This document shows, one piece after another, positions 38,183-49,305 of a DNA stretch of 64,000 bases (its first letter is position 1; each line of letters opens with the position of its first letter). Origin of the DNA: an uncultured Candidatus Rokubacteria bacterium (GTDB taxonomy: Bacteria; Methylomirabilota; Methylomirabilia; Rokubacteriales; DASRDR01); assembly GCA_963805625.1 (NCBI GenBank), contig CAWDVE010000019.1, positions 648,698 to 712,697 of the forward strand. The letters are read 5' to 3'. The notes under the pieces were generated by a model, which did no database searches, was not told the DNA's origin, and saw nothing but the letters and a program-made list of their open reading frames with translations. Position numbers and translations under genes: made by a program.

Positions 38183-38923
38183 ATCATGTCACTAAGGTTA
38201 CCCTGATTGTCAAGTGCCGGTCCGAACGGATTCTCGGGGGCCGGGGTTTCGGGATTCCTGGGGATCCGCCGTCGATCCCGCGCTACGAGCGGCCGAAGTC
38301 CGTCATCGCGATGTGGTCCCCCAATGCGCAAGTACTCAGACACCTCCCGCGGGGGAGGAGACCACGGCCCGGTTCAGGGCCGGGCCCGGGGAGTGGGGGA
38401 AAGGTTTTGAGAAACAGCTTGGGGGAAACCTTTTGGGAAATCACAACGTCTCCGCGGAAGCCTCGCAGTGGAGCCGGATGACCTTCTGGCTTGAGGTGGC
38501 GTGCTGTGGAGCAAGCCACTGATGTCATGAGGACCAGGCGGTTGCCGCCGTTTCGTGGCGCAAGCCTCCCCCCGCTCGTCACGTCTATTCGGGCCTGGGC
38601 CTCCGCGCTGAGGCTCACGACACGCTGGCGGCCTCGGGGACGAACGAGTCGGTAGCCGAGATGTGACCTCCCCGTCATCCTGCCTCAACGCGCCGTCAGT
38701 ACCGTTCGGTGCGGACACGGCCCGTCGGAGCCGGCGCACGGTTCGTGCTGAAGCGTTTCTCGACCCCCCCGCGCGCCAGGTTCACGCCGGACTGGCAAAG
38801 AACCGGCGGATGGTGTACAGGTAACGGTACTCCATGGCACATCACCGTAGGGGGGAGGCCTCGTCGGGAGGGGCACAGCCGGACCTCCCTGGTGTCAGGC
38901 ACCCAGTGGACCGGCTTGCGCGT

Positions 38924-40036
<1,113 letters not shown>

Positions 40037-40049
40037 AAGGGCCGCCGGT

Positions 40050-40330
40050 CATCGCGCTCGACGCCAGGACCCGACCGTCGTCGAGGATGTCGCACCTGTG
40101 GACGAGGCGGTTGCGGAGCCCGGCCGAGGACGCGAGCCGCTCGGCGAGATCGCGGGGGAGGACGCCCAGCTCGCCGAGCCTGATGAACCCCCGATAGGAG
40201 TCGTCGGGCACCTCGGCGGCGAGGGGGGCGTTCACATCGAGCGCGGCTTCGATGGCTTCCTGCAGCCGGCCCACACCCGGGAGCCGAACAGCACGACGAG
40301 CGCCCCCTCGGGTCGGACCTGCGTCAGATC
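40050..40330 (-). pseudogene. Internally deleted MNT-HepT(DUF86) pair
   Basis: LVVLFGSRV (MNT N-terminus) fused to EAALDVN...GLRNRLVH (HEPN RX4H). Confidence 0.7.
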
Positions 40331-40474
40331 GCGCAGCCGGGCACGAGCGTGGGTTCCTCGGTCATCGGTTCTCCCGGACTACCGCTTCAGCGCCCGGAAC
40401 AAGCTGCTGTACCGATCCGTGAATGGCACTTCGCGGTCGCCGAGCGGCCGTGGTTTCGCCGCCACTATGGATGG

Positions 40475-40670
40475 GTCGTCGAATGCGCGCCGGTCGCGCT
40501 GGGTCGGGCGTTGGCGGCCCGCGCGCAGAACAACCCGCACCCAAGCCTGGCGCGCGCAACAGCGGCTGCATCGTCGATACCGCCATCTTGTGGGGCACGG
40601 TAGACGCCCCCCGTCGCGGTGATCGCCCTCGCCCGCGAACTGGTCGGCTTCATCTGGGCTGCCATGACAG
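40475..40670 (+). mobile_element. IS110-family transposase C-terminal remnant
   Basis: VVECA..LGRALAAR, AWRAQQRLHRRYRHL, AVIALARELVGFIWAAM across frameshifts. Confidence 0.7.
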
Positions 40671-40742
40671 CCACGCGCGGTCTGGCATTGGCGAGCCAGA
40701 CGCTATCTACCTCGGCAGGCGGCCGATGGCTACAATGCCGTC

Positions 40743-41093
40743 ATGGCCCCGTCGGTCGTGAACTGGGGAGCCGGACAAGAGCGGCGAGCCCGGCTCGAGG
40801 CCGAGCTCCGGCGCCTCCTGCCGATGCTGCCGCGCCTCGGGGTCACCAGGGCGATCCTCTTCGGATCCATGGCGTCGGGCGAGGTCGGGCAGACGAGCGA
40901 CCTCGACCTCATCCTGGTGGCGCCGTCGACGGAGCCCTTCGTCCGCCGCCTGGCTCGCTTCTCCGAGGCCCTCGCCCCGTCGGTGGCCCTCGACCTGTTC
41001 GTCTACACCCCGGAGGAGTTCACGGCGATGGCGGAGACCAACCCCTTCGTGCGGAGGGCCCTCGCGAGCGGCCGGGTGGTCTATGCGGCCTGA
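40743..41093 (+). CDS. Minimal nucleotidyltransferase (MNT)
   Basis: LFGSMASGE...SDLDL, DLFVYTPEEF. Confidence 0.9.
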   Translation: MAPSVVNWGAGQERRARLEAELRRLLPMLPRLGVTRAILFGSMASGEVGQTSDLDLILVAPSTEPFVRRLARFSEALAPSVALDLFVYTPEEFTAMAETNPFVRRALASGRVVYAA

Positions 41094-41487
41094 CCCGCGG
41101 GCCGAGGGCCTCCGCTGGCTCCGGCAGGCCGAGCACGACCTGGACGACGCGCAGTACAGTCACGCGGGTCGCCGGTACAGCCTGGCCTGCTTCCTCTGCC
41201 AGCAGGCGGCCGAGAAGGCCCTGAAGGGCTTCCTGTATGCGCGGGGGGCCGAGCAGGTCCTCGGGCACTCGGTGGCCGACCTCGTGGCGGAGTGCGCCAC
41301 GCTCGACGCGGCCTTTGGCCAGCTGAGACCGCAGGCGGCCCCTCTCGATCAGTACTACGTGCCGACGCGCTACCCGAACAGCCTGCCCGGCGGGATCCCG
41401 GCCGAGGCCTTCGATGAGACCGATGGCCGCCGCGCGCTGACGCTGGCCGGGGACGTCCTGGCCCTCGTGCGGGCGACGCTCGGGTGA
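41083..41487 (+). CDS. HEPN-domain protein
   Basis: WLRQAEHDL, CQQAAEKALK, GHS, YYVPTRYP. Confidence 0.9.
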   Translation: MRPDPRAEGLRWLRQAEHDLDDAQYSHAGRRYSLACFLCQQAAEKALKGFLYARGAEQVLGHSVADLVAECATLDAAFGQLRPQAAPLDQYYVPTRYPNSLPGGIPAEAFDETDGRRALTLAGDVLALVRATLG

Positions 41488-41512
41488 GGACGACGCCCCA
41501 CCCCATCGTCAT

Positions 41513-41902
41513 TCACCCGCCAGGGGTCGGGGGACCGCCCCGCGTCCCGGGCCGCGCGTAGCGCCAGCGGCTCCGGGCCACGGCATCGAGGAGCAGGGAT
41601 GGCGTCCGGGCCGCGATCTCCTCGCGTGTGAACGGGAACAGGTCGACGCCGACGGGGAAGGCGCCCGGCAGCAGATCCGGGATCCGGTCCCGCACGCCCT
41701 TCGCCGAGCCGCTCAGGACCACGAAGACATCGAGGTCGCTCCCCGGAGCCCAGGTTCCGTCGGCGAAGGAGCCGAAGACGATGATCTCCTCGACCTCGGG
41801 GTGCGCCGCGAAGAGACGCGCCGCGTAGGCATCCATCGCTCGCCGCACAGCCCCTTCATCGATGGATTTGACGACGACACCACTCAATGAGAGCCTCCGC
41901 AT
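41513..41902 (-). CDS. Minimal nucleotidyltransferase (MNT)
   Basis: VFGSFADG...SDLDV, VDLFPFTREE. Confidence 0.88.
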   Translation of the reverse strand: MRRLSLSGVVVKSIDEGAVRRAMDAYAARLFAAHPEVEEIIVFGSFADGTWAPGSDLDVFVVLSGSAKGVRDRIPDLLPGAFPVGVDLFPFTREEIAARTPSLLLDAVARSRWRYARPGTRGGPPTPGG

Positions 41903-42248
41903 TGGCGATGGCCTGCTCGGCCTCGCGCCGCGTGTAGAAGTCGACCGGCGCCCCTCGTTCGAACCCGTTCGGATACCGCGTCGGGATGTAGTGCTTGTCC
42001 AGCTCCTTCGCGGCGTCGACCAGGTCCGTGGATGGCTCGAGCGCCGGGCGGAGGCTCTCCAGGAGCACGCTCAGCGTGTGGCCCCACGCGTCGAGGTGCC
42101 GCCGCTGGAAGACTGCCTTGATCGCCTTCTCGGCCGCCTGGTGTGCTGCGAAGGCGGACCAGTCGTAGTCGGCGTCATCCCGCGCGTGGTGCGCGTGCCG
42201 GAGATCGGCCTCGGCCTGCCGCAGCCAGTCACGGGAACGCTCAGGCAT
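41856..42248 (-). CDS. HEPN-domain protein
   Basis: DWLRQAEADL, HQAAEKAIK, WGH, HYIPTRYP. Confidence 0.9.
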   Translation of the reverse strand: MPERSRDWLRQAEADLRHAHHARDDADYDWSAFAAHQAAEKAIKAVFQRRHLDAWGHTLSVLLESLRPALEPSTDLVDAAKELDKHYIPTRYPNGFERGAPVDFYTRREAEQAIANAEALIEWCRRQIHR

Positions 42249-42441
42249 GATGCGGTACCGGCTGCAGCATACGCCAGACCACGCGCGGTCTGCCATTGGC
42301 GAGCCAGGCGCCATGCTTCACGGCCTGCTCCACGTCTCTTACCTCGAGCTCCAGGCGCTCGCGAACGAGCCGCCTGCCCGTCCAGGACATCCAGGGTCGG
42401 CGGCTCGGCTCTCATGGTACCGGTCTTGGACGATTGCTCCG

Positions 42442-42822
42442 CGTACCGACGCGCTACCCGAACAGCCTGCCCGGCGGGATCCCGGCCGAGGCCTTCGATG
42501 AGACCGATGGCCGCCGCGCGCTGACGCTGGCCGGGGACGTCCTGGCCCTCGTGCGGGCGACGCTCGGGTGAGGACGACGCCCCACCCCATCGTCATTCAC
42601 CCGCCAGGGGTCGGGGGCCCGCCCCGCGCGCCGAGCCGCGCGTAGCGCCAGCGGCTGCGGGCCACGGCATCGAGGAGCACGGATGGCGTGCTGCGGGCCG
42701 CGATCTCCTCGCGTGTGAACGGGAACAGGTCGACGCCGACGGGGAAGGCGCCCGGCAGCAGATCCGGGATCCGGTCCCGCACGCCCTTCGCCGAGCCGCT
42801 CAGGACCACGAAGACATCGAGG
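42442..42822. repeat. Near-identical direct duplicate of 41358-41735 (HEPN1 3' end + MNT2 3' half); gene fragments only
   Basis: Collinear ~380 bp with a few substitutions and a 3-bp indel. Confidence 0.9.
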
Positions 42823-42834
42823 AGGGCGCGGGAC

Positions 42835-45827
42835 TCAAGGTGCAGGCCGCTGGGCAGGACGGCCATGAGCGGCCAACACCTGCATCAACAATTCGAAGGG
42901 CCCTCGACCCACGTCGCGTCCGTGCTCTGTCCAGAGGCGATAGGCGATCATCGGTTCGCCCACAGCCACACGACCCAGCATGGCGACGGGTAGCAGGTAA
43001 TGGCGGCGCTCGGCGGGCTCGTCCCCGGCCCCCAGCAACTTCTCCGCGTGCTCGGCCATGCCGCGTCCATCGCGGAGCCCTACCGCTTTCAGGAGATCGA
43101 TCCAGTCACGCTCCCGCGACGTGGGAGCCGCGGCGCATGGCAGCCGCTCGAGGCGTGTCCAGACCTCGCTCAGCTCCTCGGGGTGGAGATACGGGACGAT
43201 GTTCAGGGCCACCGTGAACAAGAGGCCGCGCTTGTCCGCCGACCCGGACGCGTCCGTGCAGTCTCGGAGCATCCCTCTGGCCTGCTCGAGCACCTCAGGC
43301 ACGAAGGTGCCTGGGGGTGGCTCCATGTTCCGAGCGAGGTCATGAAAGAGAGCGGCCCGATGGGCGGCGACGGCGACGGGCATGTCGACGTCGGGCTTGG
43401 CCGAGCCTCCCGCTCGTGGGCGTAGGATCCCGGTCAGCGTCTCGAGGACGGGGATCGGTCGCAACCCGATGAAGAGCAGCGCTTGAGCATTCTGGTCCAT
43501 GAAGCGGGCCCGGGCGGCGCGCTGGTCCAGGATCGGGTAGTAGTCCGAGTTGGGGGGCATCCTGCAGGGACTCGAGCCAGGGTGCCAGCAGGCGCTTATC
43601 CCCGACCTTCCGGATCGCCAGATCCCGGACCTCGTGAATCCGGATTCCGGCGAGTTCCTTGGCGAGCGCCGGGTTCGCGAACACATGCGGCCTGGGCTTC
43701 GGGTACCGGGCGATCGCGGGTGGCCACGATGAGGATGTCGCCCGTGTTCGCCGCGTAGATCGCGTAGTCGGCGAAGGCCGGCTGGAGCGCCTTCAGCACC
43801 GATGCCACCAGGTCCAGGTCGAACTCGTAGAGCTGAAGCCACTGGACGAGGAGTCCGCCGGGGTTGAGGTGGCGACTGGTCAGGCGATAGAACTCCACGG
43901 AGAAGAGCCCCGCGACCCCGCTCACCCAGGGGTTCGATGGCTCCGAGACGATGACGATCGTACCGACTGTTGTGGGTCGAGAAGAACGTCTTGGCGTCGT
44001 CGATGTGGATCCGGCTTCTCGGATCGCGGTACGCGCGGGCGTTGCGAGGCAGGAAGCCGGCCGCCGCCTCGACCATGGCCTCCTCGATCTCGATCGTGTC
44101 GACGACCTGCAGCGTGGGCGCGCTCAGCAGCACGTGCGTGGTCAGCCCGGAGCCCATCCCGATGTTGGCGGCAGTCCTGGCCGTGGGATGGAGCAGGAGC
44201 GGCAGCGCGCCGCTCAGCACCATTGTTGACTCGTCCACCGGGCGCCGATCCGTCGGCCCCAGGTTGAGGAGCGCGTCGATCTTGCCGTTGGTCCGGATGG
44301 ACACGAAGCCGTGCTCGTCGACTAGGTGGACCGTCGCCGTCTTGCCGTCCTTGTGGAATAGGATGTCCGCGCCCTCGGAAGAGAGGACCCTCTGGAACCC
44401 CCTGAACACCCCCGATGCCATTCCGTATGCGTCCAGCTCGACCGCGAGCAGGGTCACGGCGATGGCGCTGGCCCCGAGTACGGTCGCGACCGCTGGCAGG
44501 CGGACCCCGATGGTGCCGCGGAGGCGCCAGAGAAGCAGGAGGCCCAGCCCGATGTCGAGGGCGGCGCCGGAGGAGATCAAGGTCCGGAGGCCCAGGGTCG
44601 GCATCCCGAGGTGGATGGCGAAGAAGACGCCCGCGATGGCGCCCACGGTGTTGGCGCCGTAGACGGCCCCGATGCTTCCCTCGCCCCGCCCGCTTCGGAT
44701 GAGGACAGTACGTGATGAGGGGAAGGGTGGTCCCCGCGCAGAACGTCGTGGGCAGCATGATGGCGGCGGCGACGGCATGGCTCGCGAGATTGAACTCGAG
44801 ATAGCCCGTGCCGGTCTTTGGCAGGGTGGCGACCAGCCAGCGCATCACACCGAAGGTGCTGTTGTAGAGATAGAGCGTGGAGAGCGCCAGAAGGCCCATC
44901 GCCACCTGGACCACGCCGAGGAACCTGAGCGGCTCTCCGAGCGTGTCGATCCGGCGCCGGATCCACAGCCCGCCGAACGCCAGCCCGAGAATGAACGCGC
45001 TCAGCATCAGCTCGAAGGCGTGGGTCGAGCTCCCGAGCACCAGGCTCAGCAACCGGATCCATCCGACCTCGTAGATGAACGATGCGGCGCCCGTGAGCAG
45101 GGCGACGAGCAGGAGCAGCGCGTAGCGCCCCCGGTCCCGCGCCATCTCCGGGGATTCTGACGGCCCGAGGAACGCCGGCTCCGGCCGCGACCCGGCCTGC
45201 CACCAGGCCACGGCCGCCAGCGCGAGGTTGATCGCGCCGGCGACGGCTCCGGTCCCGGGCAGTCCTACGAATCGGATCAGGAGGAAGCCGCTGGCGAGCA
45301 CGCCCAGAGCCCCGCCCACGCTGTTGCAGAAGTAGAGAGTCGCCAGCGCGGTCCCGGGCTGGTCCGGAGCGCGGCGGATCATTCCGCCGGCCATCAGGGG
45401 GAACGTCATCCCGAGCAGAATCGACTGCGGAAGGATGAGCAGCGCGGCAAGCCCCCACTTGAACGCCATGACGGCTTCCACGGAACCGAGCGCCGGCATG
45501 AGGGTGCTGTAGGCGAGGCTAACGGATCGCTCGAATACCGAATGGAATGCGAGTGCGATGAGCCCGATGACGGCTTCAGCGAGGGCATACCCGCGGAGGA
45601 GGTTTGGCCACCGGGCCGACCAGCGGCCACATAACCATGAGCCGACGGCCATCCCGCCCATGAAGATGGCGAGCACCAGCGTCTGGGCGTACGCGGCGTG
45701 TCCGAGGAACAGCTTGAGATAGTGCGTCCAGAGAGACTCGTAGATCAGCCCGGAGAACCCGGAAGACGGTGAACACGAGGAACAGGACGCGCGGGGAGGG
45801 TGCCCGCCCGACGACCGTTTCACCCAT
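42835..45827 (-). CDS. Fused multi-TM / spermidine-synthase-like SAM-dependent transferase (about five frameshifts)
   Basis: SGFSGLIYE..W, GMTFP, IGMGSG.T, EIE, DDAK, SEPSNPW; +1 indels near 45762, 44708, 43957, 43690, 43560. Confidence 0.82.
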
Positions 45828-46338
45828 TCGGCTCGGGCTCGTGGAAGGGTTCCTCCCCTGTCGGTGAGCATGCCGAACCCCAGAACCGGCCGGGGTCGAC
45901 GGTGTCGTATTGCAGCATGCCTGCGCGGTGCGGTCAATCAGTCGCGTGCAGCCGCCAGCGTATCGGCAACGGGCGCCGCTTCCGGAGCCTCAGGCGGAAT
46001 CGTTAGGTCGTCGACGTGAGCCGTTCTAGACGGGATGGCTCGTATCGGTAAGGTCTCCCGCCGTCACACCGACTTGTCGGTCTCTTTTCGACCCGCGTGG
46101 ATGGCGGCACCGGATGGGAGTCCCATCGATGCTCAGACGCCCAGCACGCGGGAGGTCCCGATCGGACGTGGCCGGACCGCGACGGTTACGGCGATCCTCG
46201 ATACTGGGGCCCTCGCTCTGCGCTCGCGCGTGGGCCACGGCGCTGGCGCGTCGGCCGATCTTGGGAGGAGGCGTCGTCACCAGGCAGCCGTGGCGATCGA
46301 GGGGGGACCGCGGCACCAGGGTGGAGGCGATCAATGCC

Positions 46339-46387
46339 AAACAAAAGCACGAGCGCCAGGGCGTCGACGACGCGCCTGGCGCTCGTG
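46339..46387 (-). terminator. Intrinsic terminator of the minus-strand PEP-CTERM gene
   Basis: 13-bp stem CACGAGCGCCAGG/CCTGGCGCTCGTG followed by TTTTGTTT on the minus strand. Confidence 0.8.
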
Positions 46388-46401
46388 TCGGGGAAGAGAC
46401 G

Positions 46402-47062
46402 TTACTTGCGGCGGCGGCTGACCACTCGCCGCGCCACACCGACACTCACGAGACCGGCACCGAGCAGCATGAGCGTTCCCGGCTCGGGAACCGCCCCCGG
46501 TTTCTCTCCCGCGAAGACCGAGCCTGTACCGGTGTCTCCCGGCACACACTCGGAGCCCTCGCAGCCGTCCGGGCCGATGTTCCCAATGTGGACCGCGGCA
46601 TCAACGCCGGCCGAGTTCACGAAGAAGAAGTCACTAATGTCCAGAGCGCCGCTATCGTTGTGGAACACCAGCGTGGCCGTGTCGGTCGTACCGATATTCC
46701 CCTGTCGCTGGGACGTCGATATCGAAGCAGCCGACGCAGCCATCGGCATTGACACCGTCAGGGGAGAAGGTCAGGGTAGTCGCGTCACCGGTGACACTCA
46801 AGTCGTCCCCGTCCGGGCTACCATCATAATTGAGCTTGACTGAGAGGATCTTGTTCCCCGTCCCGGTCAGATCGATGTCGAGCTGCACATCGTCCCCGAG
46901 ATCCGTGAACGTCAGGGTGCCGTATGAGCTCGTATCGCTACAGACGCCGCCCGAAAAAGCGCAGTTGAGATCCGAGGTGGTGACGGCGTGCGCCTGGAGT
47001 GGCAGCCCGATGGCCACAATCGCCCCCACCAGGAGGCCAAGAACGGTCAAGAAAGACTTCAT
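46402..47062 (-). CDS. PEP-CTERM surface protein (one frameshift ~46700)
   Basis: Signal peptide MKSFLTV...AHA; VPEPGTLMLLGAGL...RRVVSRRRK. Confidence 0.88.
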
Positions 47063-47118
47063 TTCGCTCTCCTTTACTCTTGTATTGACGTGTGATCCAA
47101 GGCATCTGCCATAGAATA

Positions 47119-47218
47119 AGCAGGCTATCGTGCCACTCAGAGGATCTACAATAGAATTAATGGTGTTACAGCGCGGCAGATTTTCCTGACTGACTCCCAT
47201 CAGTAAAGCAAGCCGACA
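47119..47218 (-). promoter_or_regulatory. Putative sigma54 promoter and enhancer box
   Basis: TGGCACGATAGCCTGC (spacing 1 bp too long); AGTAAAGCAAGCCGACA at 47202-47218 resembles the boxes at 54.2 kb. Confidence 0.5.
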
Positions 47219-47442
47219 GATTTCCGCCAGTCCTCTCAAATGTCCTCGGCCATAGCCCGTTGCAACCCCTCAACAAATAAGCGATCTGGGAACGCCTCGG
47301 ACCGGAGTGTCTGTGTTCCTTACAAGCTGCCAGCCTGCCCGGAGGGATTCCGCCCCCCATGTCTGTGGCTCTGAGGCTGGATCCGCCCCGCGCGCCACGC
47401 AAGCCCTCCGGCCGAAGCCCACAACGCAGCCCTGGGGCACGG

Positions 47443-48835
47443 CTAGCTCTCGTTAAGGTTGGCGCTCGGTCGGAGGAGGCGACCGTCGATGGCGTGCTTG
47501 TCGAGGAGGTCGTGGAGGGTGGGCCGGCTCACCCCGAGCTCCTTGGCCGCCTGGCTGATGTTGCCCCTGGTCCGGGTCAGGGCTTCCAGGAGGAGCTCCC
47601 GCTCGAGCTGGTTGCGGGCCTCCTTGAGAGGCCGGGGCGCCTCCCCGGATCCCGTAGCCGCCGCGAACCCGAGGTCGGCCGGCTCGATGAACTTGCCCCG
47701 CGCCATGATGACGGCCCGCTGGACCACGTTCTCCAGCTCCCGGATGTTCCCAGGCCACGCGTACCCCGCGAGGGCTGCCAAGGCATCCTGGCTGAACTGG
47801 AGCTTGCGTCGCTGTTCCTGGCAGTTGCGACGGAGCAGCGTGTTGGCCAGGAGGATGATGTCCTCCCCGCGCTCGCGGAGCGGGGGGAGCGTGATCGTCA
47901 CCACCGAGAGCCGGAAGTAGAGGTCCTCCCGGAAGCGGCCGCCCGCGATCTCGGCCTTGAGGTCCTTGTTGGTCGCCGCGACGACCCGCACGTCGACCTT
48001 GATCCGGTCCCGGCCGCCGATCCGCTCGATCTCGCGCTCCTGGAGGAACCGGAGGAGCTTGACCTGGAGCAGGAGGCTCATCTCGCCGATCTCGTCGAGA
48101 AAGAGCGTCCCGCCGTCGGCCCCCTCGAGCTTCCCCTTCCGCTGGACGTGAGCGCCCGTGTACGCGCCCCGTCTCGTGTCCGAACAGCTCCGCCTCCAGC
48201 AACGTCTCGGGGATCGCCCCGCAGTTGATCGGGACGAACGGGCGGTCGCGCCGGCGGCTCTTCGCATGGACGGCGTGGGCGAGGAGCTCCTTGCCGGTCC
48301 CGCTCTCGCCCTCGACGAGCACCGTGGCGTCGGTCCGGGCGACCCGCGTCACGATGTCGAAGATCTCGCGCATCTTGGGCGAGTGGCCGACGAGGTCCTC
48401 GAACCGGGCGGACGCCTCCGCGTCCCCCACCTGCTGAGCCGCTTCGGTCTCCACCCCGTGGAGGAACAGGGCGCGGCGGAGAACGACCCTCAGCGCGTCG
48501 ATGTCGACGGGCTTCGCCTGGTAGTCGAAAGCCCCGGCCTGCACCGCCCGGAGGGCGTTGGCCCGGTCGGCGTTCCCCGTGAGGACCACGACCCGGGTGG
48601 ACGGCGCCGCGCGGAGGATCTCCTCCAGGGTCTTCAGCCCTTCCTCAGCCGTGTGGGCGGCGGGCGGGAGGCCCAGGTCGAGGGTCACTACCGGCGGCTG
48701 GGCCTCGCGGAGCCGCGCGAGGGCCTGCGAGCGGTCCCCGGCGAGGATGAGGCTGAATTCGTCCCTCAGCGCGTATTTGAGCTGGGTCTGAATGGCCTCG
48801 TCGTCCTCGACGATCAGCAGCCGCGACTGGCTCAC
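47443..48835 (-). CDS. prsR: PEP-CTERM-system sigma54 response regulator (frameshift ~48173)
   Basis: [42 protein letters not shown], Fis HTH; downstream of prsK. Confidence 0.88.
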
Positions 48836-48844
48836 GGCACTCCC

Positions 48845-49081
48845 GGCCCCCGGTCCCTTGGCGAGCGGCTCAATCACGGCCGGTCCACACTTGCATGGGC
48901 GATGAGACTGAGGGACGTCCGGGGGAGGGGACGCCTCTCCTGGCGCGTACTCCTCTTCGATCATCTCGAACACGTGGACCAGTTCGGCCTGGGCCTCGGC
49001 AGGCGTCCGGCCGATCGCGTCGCAGCCGGACGTGCTGTCGTCGGGTCGAATCACGATCGTGTAGCGATGGGCGCTGCTCAT
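48845..49081 (-). pseudogene. Degenerate hicB(-hicA) toxin-antitoxin remnant
   Basis: [32 protein letters not shown]...PPDV (HicB-like, internally deleted), then [11 protein letters not shown] (HicA-like start). Confidence 0.6.
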
Positions 49082-49305
49082 GTCGATGCCCGTGAAGATC
49101 GATGCCCGTGAAGACGTCATCATGCCTCGCTGTTCACTATAATGCTCGATATCCCTGCCGAGTGGGCGGAGACAAGAGTTCGGCGCTCGTCTGGCCTCCA
49201 AGGAGGGTTGGGGCGCGCCGCCCACGCGCGGCCGTGATCCCATTCGAGGCGAGCAAACTGGACGGATGGCCTCGTCGTCTTCGACGATCAGGAGCCGCGG
49301 CTGGC

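Noticed and set aside
38200-38900. tRNA or ncRNA as integration site
   Set aside because: No cloverleaf, T-loop GTTCGA or CCA end recognised.
47443-48835. Programmed frameshift or phase variation in prsR and neighbours
   Set aside because: Indels are scattered, not at slippery or SSR tracts, and are best explained as sequencing error.
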